The notes beneath the pieces were generated by a model. It searched no databases, was not told where the DNA came from, and saw nothing but the letters and a program-made list of their open reading frames with translations. From Fimicolochytrium jonesii (taxonomy: Eukaryota), in the NCBI RefSeq assembly GCF_025526975.1, contig NW_026515703.1:1-64000 (forward strand): 64,000 bases of DNA, written 5' to 3'. The stretch's first letter is position 1; each line of letters starts with the position of its first letter. The position numbers were made by a program, and so were the translations under genes. Of the stretch, positions 39,975 to 48,507 are shown piece after piece.

Positions 39975-40610
39975 TCACTGATCGTTGATCTTGATCGTCG
40001 CGATTCGCAATGCCGTATGATGTGAGTGGTTGAACGCAACCCGATCCCTCCCTCGTCGCTTTTTGTGAATCGTTTTGATTTCCCGACTCACTGGATGCTC
40101 AATCGCCACCGCTTTGATCGTGAAGTAGCTGGGATCTACATATGGGTTCCCCTTCAGGACAAAATCTCTACTCCCTATTTCCCGCACCCGATCCAGCTGG
40201 ATGATGTCGCCCAGCTCCAACTCATTCATTCGCATCGTTATCAGGACATCGTTCAAGTTGACGTAGTATGGTCGGCTTTTAAGTTCTACGATGGCGTAGT
40301 ATTTGTCCTGGCTGCGTAGGAGGTCTAATGCTGCACTCGTCTCTCTGCTCCAAGGCCTCGATTGTTGTGAGTGACCTGCCGGCCTGGCCAGTGGAGAGTC
40401 GATTATTGGTTCCCGGGGCGTGGATGGTGTCGACGCCTGCGTTGACAGTGGTGCGGCGCCAATCTTTCTGAAAGGGGTAATTGGGCTAGCTCTGAAGCTG
40501 TGGCTCGAGGTTGTTGCGGCGGTAGGTCCACATCCGTACGACCCATTCCCTTCTGATTCTGCCACGGCCACGGCAGCTGCGCGGCCAAAGTAAAAGCCCG
40601 GATCAGACAT
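39975..40610 (-). CDS. Mitochondrial ribosomal protein bL21m
   Basis: YAIVELKSRPYYV..D, LGDIIQLDRVREIGSRDFVLKGNPYV and HTALRIATI motifs. The start is uncertain. Confidence 0.85.
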   Translation of the reverse strand: MSDPGFYFGRAAAVAVAESEGNGSYGCGPTAATTSSHSFRASPITPFRKIGAAPLSTQASTPSTPREPIIDSPLARPAGHSQQSRPWSRETSAALDLLRSQDKYYAIVELKSRPYYVNLNDVLITMRMNELELGDIIQLDRVREIGSRDFVLKGNPYVDPSYFTIKAVAIEHPVSREIKTIHKKRRGRDRVAFNHSHHTALRIATIKINDQ

Positions 40611-41023
40611 GGAGGTTCAAAAGCAGCAGTCACCGCAGTGTGTCTTAGCATACCTTGAAAAGAGCGGGGAGATACGTGGATTGCCCGCCTGAAGATGGTT
40701 GATTCCTTTTGTGCTGGAAAACAAAGAAGTTTAAGAAATCTGTTCCTAGCTCCCGTTGTTCACGGCCACTGGACATACCAAGTGTGGATCGCAGCGAAGC
40801 CGCTGTCCTCAGTGAGTTGCAAGCCATTCTTAAGTTAGGCAGGAGTGAGCGACCGAGTCGGCGTCGTGGTCGGCGTCCTTCCAATGTCAAATTGTGACGA
40901 GTTGTGGGAGCAACTTGCGAAAGGCAGAAAGGACGGGAGCCATGCTGCGCCACGCCAGTGGGGATCTCTCGCATTTGCTCTCCACGCTACCCTTTAAGCA
41001 CACATACTCTAATTGTCCCAGTG

Positions 41024-41049
41024 AGGGTTAGGGTTAGGATTAGGGTTAG
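41024..41049 (+). repeat. Interstitial telomere-like (TTAGGG)n tract
   Basis: agggttagggttaggattagggttag. Confidence 0.8.
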
Positions 41050-41623
41050 CCCCACGCTTGCATCGGCGTTCACACGGCTGCAAAAGCCCAGAAGCCCACA
41101 CTCCTGAATGTATTCGGGCGGAATCGAATCATCCTTTCCGCAGATCGATCATGGCCGCTTCCGGGCTTGTGGTTTGGAGCCGCCGACGAACCACGAGTAG
41201 TGTCTCCTCTAGCCGAATCAATGATATAACGTGTGGACAGGACTGTACAGTATGCAGGTGACCTGGGGGTGGGAGGGAATCAAAGTAGCGCACGGGGACA
41301 CGGATCGGTGAAAGCGACATCTGTACCGAGAAGCAAGTACCACGCGAAGGGAGGTGCAGACGGGGACAAAGTGCTGTAACGCCAAAACCGCAGCTTGACG
41401 CTGAATGTCCGTGCTGCTGGGTACTCGTCGTTGTCTACGTGGGGTGGAAGCTGGGGGAGATGCTGCACCCATGGATCACAAGCTACCGCCGTAGGATAGA
41501 TGTCGTACCTCTCGATGGTTTCTCCGACGATCTACCCTTTATGGCGGATCGAAGACAAGGGGTGCCATATCTCGCAACATGTTTGTGTAGAATAGCAAAA
41601 ATGGTAAATGTATAGCGTATGTA

Positions 41624-41822
41624 CAGTAGGATGCCAAAACGGACGTTACGACCGGCGCGTCGAAATCGACGGCATTTGGGCTACTACCTAGGTTAGTAGT
41701 CGCGGCTGGCCGGCCCCCGGTCAACCACGCAATGGCTAGGCGGCAGCCGGTGACTTCTGCTGGCCACAAAGATTTATTGACCGCGTCCATGCCGTCGTAA
41801 CGTCCGTTTTGGCATCCTACTG
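41624..41822. mobile_element. 199-bp MITE, Tc1/mariner-type (29-bp perfect TIRs, TA target-site duplication)
   Basis: TA|CAGTAGGATGCCAAAACGGACGTTACGAC ... GTCGTAACGTCCGTTTTGGCATCCTACTG|TA. Confidence 0.9.
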
Positions 41823-42624
41823 TATCAGACTTATTAAAGCCTGCGCAACGCTCACGTGATCAAACCCACGTGATGGAACGCTCTCTCGGACGCTCTTTTG
41901 GCCACGTACTGTAATTGCACTCTGATAACACTGGCGCTCTGGCACAGTTGAATCTTGCTCTCCCTGCAGACGCGCAGGTCGCGAGTTCAATTCCCACTCC
42001 CAGACAACTTCTTGACTCCTGTCGCACTCGGTGCGGCGTGGTAACCACCGTCGCGCTCGGCGCTTCGTGGGTGTTAACTGAACAGCAGCACAACTAAGTA
42101 TCACAACAGAAAGCAAGCTTACCCGCTCTCAAACAGCTCGACCCACGACCATTTTTCCTCGCGCTCCTTTTCTTTTATTCCTCCCGGTTCACATCACACA
42201 GCTCCATCACATCACACAGCTCCATCTCAACGGGGGTCTGGGGAAACCACCAACATCGCTCTTGGAGTCCAATTCGGTTCAGTTCACAATGGTCAAGCCT
42301 TGCCCTTCAACCCGAGCCGTTCAGCGGCGACGGTTGGGTTCTCAACGCAGCACCCGCAGCGGCACTCCCAGGCGCAACCTCGCAGCTTCCTCGAACGGTA
42401 ACGGCGGCGATGGCAGTGGAGCGAACGGCGACGGCGACAGTGGTGCCAACGGCAATGGCAGTGACAATGGTGCCAATGGCAACGGAAGTGACCATGGTGC
42501 AAACGGGAATGGCGACGGCGCAAACGGCAATGGCGACGGCGCGAGCGGCAATGGCGTGCCCGACCGTAGCGACGTCGAGGGCATCTTGGCTGTGAGCTAG
42601 CTCATCGGCCGGAGCTTGACGACC

Positions 42625-42695
42625 GTAGAGCCTGTCAACTGTAGAGCTTGTCAACTGTAGAGCTTGTCAACTGTAGAGCTCGTCAACGGGAGCTC
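42625..42695 (+). repeat. 16-bp tandem repeat (gtcaactgtagagctt), ~4 copies
   Basis: Directly visible. Confidence 0.85.
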
Positions 42696-43018
42696 GTTGA
42701 GGGGTTCTAGACCGGAAGTGTGAAGCGTGATCACCAGGCCGTTGAGTTCCCCCAATATTGTTGATTTTCAGTTCCTGCAAAGTGGGTGAGATGAGTATCT
42801 ATCCGCGAATAGCCAGGTAGATACCGGTATACCCGCCCTGCACATACCGGTATATTTCACTAGGGCTGTGTCGCAGACGCGACGTGTCGTTCCCCAGGTA
42901 GACTGGACACTCCACATTACGGCAGATGGCAGTGGCAGCGGTGCAAACGGCGGCTCGAACTTCAGCGTCAGCGGGTGCATTGCATCAACATGTCCATCTC
43001 CAACACCGAATCCATCTG

Positions 43019-43041
43019 TAACCCTAACCCTAACCCTAACC
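43019..43041 (-). repeat. Interstitial telomere-like tract (CCCTAA)n, inverted relative to 41024-41049
   Basis: taaccctaaccctaaccctaacc. Confidence 0.8.
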
Positions 43042-43992
43042 AGGTCCAGCGGTGCTTGAGATGCTCGCCGACGGCAAACCTGTCCACAAAGGTGGATTCG
43101 CCGCAGGTGCCGTTGTTGTGGTAGAGGATGTGCATTGAAGGAGACTGCGGGGAACGACGGGGTGGGTCAATGGGGTGCCATGTTGGGTTGCCAAGCTTGC
43201 CCTCCAACTTTGCCCACTCCCTTCAGCCGCCGTGCGTTCCCTTTATCAGCCGCCCTCTCTGTTCTCTCTGTTGCTTTTCTCACTCCCTCCAAGTTCCCCG
43301 CGCTCCCACTCGCTCGCTGGCCACCCTTTTTCCCACTCTCCCTTTTTCCCACTCGCTTGCTGGCCACCCTTTTTCCCACTCACCTCTTGGTCTCTATATC
43401 GCTCGACCCTGCGGCCTATTTTACTCAATGCGCACTGCTGATGGCGCAAACCACGCGCCAGCCACAGCGCTGAGAGCGTGAAGCTGTATATGTAAGGCCA
43501 AGCGTGAAGGGTGTAAGGCCGAGCGCGATTCTGAGCGCGATTATATCTGCAATGTACTGTATAGGTACATACGTACATACTCCGCTGAGCTGTCGAATAT
43601 CCAGTGCTGTCAGTGCCATACCCCCGCTTCCCCCCATTCCCATAAGCAAGCGTAGCTTCCCCCCATTCGCATTACCAAACGTACGTAGCTTCCCCCCATT
43701 GGCTGGGCCTTTTTCTTCCCTGGGACAAGCCACACTCTGTATCGCACAAAACACATGGACATTCATATATCAAGACGTCATTGAGTGGGGAGGACGGAGG
43801 CCCTTCTCTCCTTCCCAACCTGCTTCCCAACCCCCTTCCTTCCTAACGCAATTGCAAACACCTCTGTACAGTACAGATCCCGCCGACCACCTCCAGGTAA
43901 CAACAGCAATCCCCTACCCCGCCGCCATCCCTCACACTACATAAAACAGATCAATCTAACCTCCCTGCACAGCACAGCACAGCACAGCCAAC

Positions 43993-45164
43993 ATGTCATC
44001 ACACCAAGCGCTCCAGGGGTACCTGTGGTGTGGCATATTTACTGGAGCAACCACACCACGGCGGAAGAGGAGGAAGGTTGCTCCGGTTACCCCACGGTTG
44101 CCCATACGTCTGCCAACTGTGCAGACACCCTTGCAACCCCCGCGATTCCAGTTCCCACCGTCTGTCCAATGCCACTTGCCCGAAGCCATTGCAGACATGG
44201 TCAGCGAGAGTTCCGGCGATGAAGATGGGCAACAGCACCAGCAGCAGCGAGGGCTTTCACCCGTGGACAGGGGTCTGCAGCGCCCACTGAACCTCCCCGC
44301 GCCCATCCCTTTCCGTTTTCCCAGCACACCAGGTGGATCCCTGGTGTATGAACCCCCGCCACCACCACCACCACCAGTTCAACGACCCCGCCCGCAAACA
44401 CATGCCAGCACCAAGGTTTCGCTTCACCGAATCATCCATATCAAAATCAAGTTCAAAGGGAGCGCTTGGCAACGTTCATTGCCGATGTTCACGTCCTTGC
44501 GCGCCACACCACCTTTTTATCAAGTACTACCTTGGTGAGTTTTTGAGGTACACTATACTGTATATTTCGCATAAAACAATGTCCTGACTGCTACATCTGC
44601 CCACTCCACCACAATTGATCATCCTCTACACGATTTCCCGGATATCACCGACAAGCACATTAGTGTGATATTTGAGCTGCTAAACAATCCAGGCTACAAC
44701 GGCAATCCGGTCATTGCGCAAGAGTTGCGTCCACGGGTTCAAGAGTACTGTAATGTTCACGGATTCGCCCCCATCCGCATGCGAAATAGCCAACAGACCG
44801 CTGCGTACACAGCTACGAGCATCTTCACCAACCTCAAAGTCAACGTACAGGAGCATTTCATGCAAATGTTTCTGCGCTATGTCAATGAAAGGCTTGGTTT
44901 GAAGCAAGTCGTACTGCATCTTCGGAGAGCCGGAGTTAGCCGAGCGCAGCGCCAACAGTATTATCGGGGTGTCCGTCAATTCACAAAGTACGCGACATTT
45001 GAAGAGTACCCAACTGAAGAGGAGTTTGCCCGCCTCACGCGACTTGAGCGGACTCTCCTTGACGAGTTATGGGCTCTGTTTCCTCCCCAGGATGAGCCCC
45101 TTGCGTACACCCTTGCGGTGGACGCAATGCCATATTAAGGTGAGTTGCATCCTGTATATTTATT

Positions 45165-45195
<31 letters not shown>

Positions 45196-47195
45196 AGCTC
45201 GTGCGTGGCTGCGCAGCGACGCGAGCGAGCGCCTCGCTTAGTACGCGGAACTGGCCGAATGGCTGCGCGCTGGGGCCGACAAGAAGCGAACCCCCCCACC
45301 CCCCCCCACCCCACCCCTCCAGCTCGTGCGTGGCTGCGAAGCGACGCAAGCGAGCACCTTGCTTGGTACGCCGAACTGGCCGAATGGCTGTGCGCCGGGA
45401 CCCGGGCAGACGTGGTCCCCCCCCCGGCCGAGAGGAAGCGGAACCCCCCCCCCCCCCGCTTCCTCTCTTGTCTAATCATGGTCTGCACCTGCCTCCTCAT
45501 AGGCACCTACTGTGAGCTCTCGCACCTCTATGAGCGCCGTGGAATGCGCCTGTTTCCTGCTATCCCGCTGCGCAAATCTCGAATCCAGTCATCTGTTCTG
45601 ATTGACACGAAGATCCTAACCACTCATATCCTGGCCTTGGGCCACCATCACATGGGGAAACTTACCGATGAACGCAAGCGGGAGCTGTGGGGGCAGTTTC
45701 TCAATGTGAATGTAAGTTAAGTCTGTAGCCCTCTGCGCTTATTTCAATCACCTCGCTGAATGACGATTGCAGGACACGGTCTTCAAGGATCGAAAGAAGC
45801 TTGGTCTCAAATTTGATGGGTCAATCAGCACAAACGGGTATTCCGCTACCATCCACTTCAAGAAGCCAGGGCTCAAGTACGGCCATCGCGCTCGGAAGCG
45901 CAGCAAAGCCGAAATGCAGGAAGAAGTCCAGCAGCTGTATTTTGAGCACCACATCGCCCAACTAAGGGAGGCTCCAAACATCGTCTGCAGTGATCCGGGC
46001 AAGCGTGACCTCTTGTTCTGTCGAGACATCAAGAAGGAGCGGCCATTTCGGTACGTTTCAGTTGATTACTACTGCCCTGCTGTCCCGGCTACCCACCCCC
46101 CCCCCCCGTCTCCGCCCGCCAGCCCCCCCTCTCCGCCCGCCAGCCCCCCGTCTCCACCCGCCAGCCCCCCGTCTCCACCCGCCAGCCCCCCGTCTCCACC
46201 TGCCAGCCCCCCGTCTCCACCCGCCAGCCCCCCATCTCCGCCCGCCAGCCCCCCGTCTCCGCCTGCCAGCCCCCCGTCTCCGCCATCCCCGTTGCGGCGA
46301 CATTCCGTTGCAGCGTCCTCACAATGCACCACCCCATATCAGATACACGTCCAATCAACGGGCGGTCGAGACAAAGTCTCGGTACTTTCAAAGAGACATG
46401 AGAGAGCAAAAGATCAATGCCGGCATCGCTGAGATGGAATCACATATTCCATTGCACAAGAGCATGAACATCGAGGCGTTCTCAGCGTTCATCGTGGATT
46501 ACGAACACACGGGTATGATGTTCCACTTCAACTTTGATTTTCAACTTTGGTAATACATGGGCTGACATCCATATCCCAGATCCCGCCCTGGATGAGTTTT
46601 ACCAGGATGAGATTCATGTAGCTTGCAGATTCAAGGCGTTCTCACTGCGGCAAAAGTCTGAGAGCAAGCTCATCAAGAACATGCGACACCTGTATGGAAA
46701 GCATTTTGCGGCCATCTTGGGTGATTGGAGCGACGCTGGAAAGACCATGCGCTTTCAGGAGTCATCAAAGACCAAAGGGTGAGTGACTATCATTGGTAAT
46801 ATGTATTACAGTATGCCATCATGGAAATCAGATTTCGCACACTCTTTGCAAGAAACAGCATTCCATGCTACTTGCTGGATGAGTATCGAACGTCGTCCGT
46901 GTGCCCCGACTGCCACGGCCGTGTGAAGAAAAACATCCGTCAGCGGCTGTCATCTCGGCCATGGCAAGCTAGAAAGGGAAGAATGGAATACGTCCATGGA
47001 TTGGTGGGTTGCCCCAACCCCGAATGTATCAACCAAGACTGGACACCATATGAGATTCCTGGAAGACGACCACTACGACTACGGATGAGAGTGCACAATC
47101 GGGACATCCTGAGCACCAAGAATTTCCTCTCGATTGTGCGTTCGGTGGTGTTTGGCAATGGCCGCAGACCAGACGCATTCTCCCGTAACCGGTAG
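43993..47195 (+). CDS. Fanzor1 (eukaryotic TnpB-like RNA-guided endonuclease), six introns; this copy is probably disrupted in its N-terminal half
   Basis: Spliced motifs: LFPAIPLRKS..SVLIDT, FDGSISTNGYS, RuvC-I IVCSDPGKRDLL (D at 45992), FRYTSNQRAVETK, GDWS, LLDEYRTSSVCPDC (E at 46881), HGLVGCPNPEC and VHNRD (D at 47103). Introns at 44535-~44614, 45140-45502, 45712-45772, 46051-46342, 46513-46579 and 46779-46831. In-frame TAA at 45136. Start is 43993 or 44197. Confidence 0.9.
46095..46288 (+). repeat. 21-bp C-rich minisatellite (~9 copies) inside Fanzor intron 4
   Basis: Repeated ccccgtctccacccgccagcc unit. Confidence 0.9.
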
Positions 47196-47215
47196 TCTAG
47201 ATTTCACCCCATCCC

Positions 47216-47310
47216 ATTTTCCGTGGTGGTTATCTGCCATCCACATCATTGTACCTCTGCCTGAGGCGTCGCCGATGAAGGCAACTTGTATGTAGCATGC
47301 CTCACTCAAA
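47216..47310 (+). ncRNA. Candidate Fanzor omegaRNA (scaffold ~47216-47290 plus flank-derived guide)
   Basis: Lies immediately 3' of the Fanzor stop. Hairpins at 47223-47244 (GTGG-TGG/CCA-CCAC) and 47258-47283 (TGCCT/AGGCA, inner CGTC/GATG). Boundaries are inferred. Confidence 0.55.
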
Positions 47311-47439
47311 AAGCGACAGCGCGGCGCGTACCTAAGATGATGCCAAATGCGCAAGTTCGCGGTTTCCACTTCGTCCTCGGGCCTTGCTGAACACAACATC
47401 CGTGATCAACACCCAGAACCTCGATCAACAAACAACAAA

Positions 47440-48247
47440 ATGGGCGACAGGAAAGCCAAAATGGAGGCGCTTGCCGCAAAGCGTCGAGCTGCAGAGGAAG
47501 AAGAGGAGAAGCCAAGGTTGGAACCGAATGCTACGCCAAGTGATCTTCCAGTCCCTCGGGGGTGTTCCGACACTAACTTCCGCGATCTTAAAGTACGAAG
47601 GCAGCAACGAAATCGAAAGGATCGGCCGCGACAGCAAAGCCAAAACCGAAAGTCACTGATGAGCGCTCTGCCAAAGCTCGTGAGGAGGAGTTTGCAAAGA
47701 AGGAGCGTGAGCTGTCCAAGCACAAGAACCTTGACCAGTACGATAACGAGGACGGATTCCTGGTCGATGATGAGGAGGAAGAAGGTATGGGGGAGCATAC
47801 GAAAGTTATCAAGTTAGTATCATGACTATAGTCTGACTAAGATACTCCGGAATAATGTTGAAGAGGACGATGCCGGAAGCGAATCTCCCTCTGAAGACGA
47901 GGAGGAAGAGGAACGACCAAAGAAGCGGAAGGCGAAGGACGTAAAGCCATCAAAAAGCTCCGGCAAAGCTTCTAGCAAGCAACCACCGGCCAAAAAGAAG
48001 AAGAAGGCTGAAAGCGACGATGAGGGTTCTGGTGGTGACGAACCTGATGAAATCTCTGGTAGGAAACTGACTCGACTGGCGCGCATGGAAAGCGATGACA
48101 ACTAACGTCTCTTTCCTCTCTCTAGATGACGACCTCCTGGAAGGTTTGGACACATCGGATATCCTGCCTGACCGTGGACGTCGTACCCGTGGCGTTAAGA
48201 TCGATTACACGAAGTTCGGCCCTGATGATGAAGATGATGACGAATGA
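47440..48247 (+). CDS. CHZ-domain histone chaperone (Chz1-like), multi-exon
   Basis: Acidic/basic low-complexity protein ending LEGLDTSDILPDRGRRTRGVKIDY (CHZ motif). Confidence 0.7.
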
Positions 48248-48507
48248 GCATCAGCCGCTTAAGAAGGTCTAGGCAGAGTTTGCGTAACGATGCATTTAGC
48301 AGTATGGAGGTTAGCGAATAGGCATGAGAAGATCTGGGGCTCAAGCTGCAAGTCAGCTTTGGCTGCGAACGTTCGGATGGCATTTCAAAGTCCAAGCGCA
48401 AGTGAGATTGAAAAACTGAACTATGTACAGCGAATGGTGCAGCAATGTGGTATACGAAAATAACCATAAATGCATAAGAAACTTTTGCGGTTGGCCGGTC
48501 TATCAAC

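Larger units (their letters stand above)
43300..47290 (+). mobile_element. Putative non-autonomous Fanzor-carrying element (left boundary undefined)
   Basis: Fanzor gene with a structured 3' tail, short direct repeats upstream (43305-43380, 43650-43700) and no transposase ORF. It lies between conserved housekeeping genes. Confidence 0.5.

Noticed and set aside
41000..44200. Left TIR matching the Fanzor 3' end
   Set aside because: No convincing inverted copy of 47250-47300 found by eye, so the left boundary is left undefined.
46095..46288. Proline-rich SPPASPP / collagen-like GGDGGLA ORFs, or a CRISPR-like array
   Set aside because: Head-to-tail minisatellite with no unique spacers, located inside a GT-AG intron.
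47196..47202. CTAG after the Fanzor stop as a Helitron 3' end
   Set aside because: Followed by A rather than T, no clear upstream GC hairpin, and no Rep/helicase in the window.
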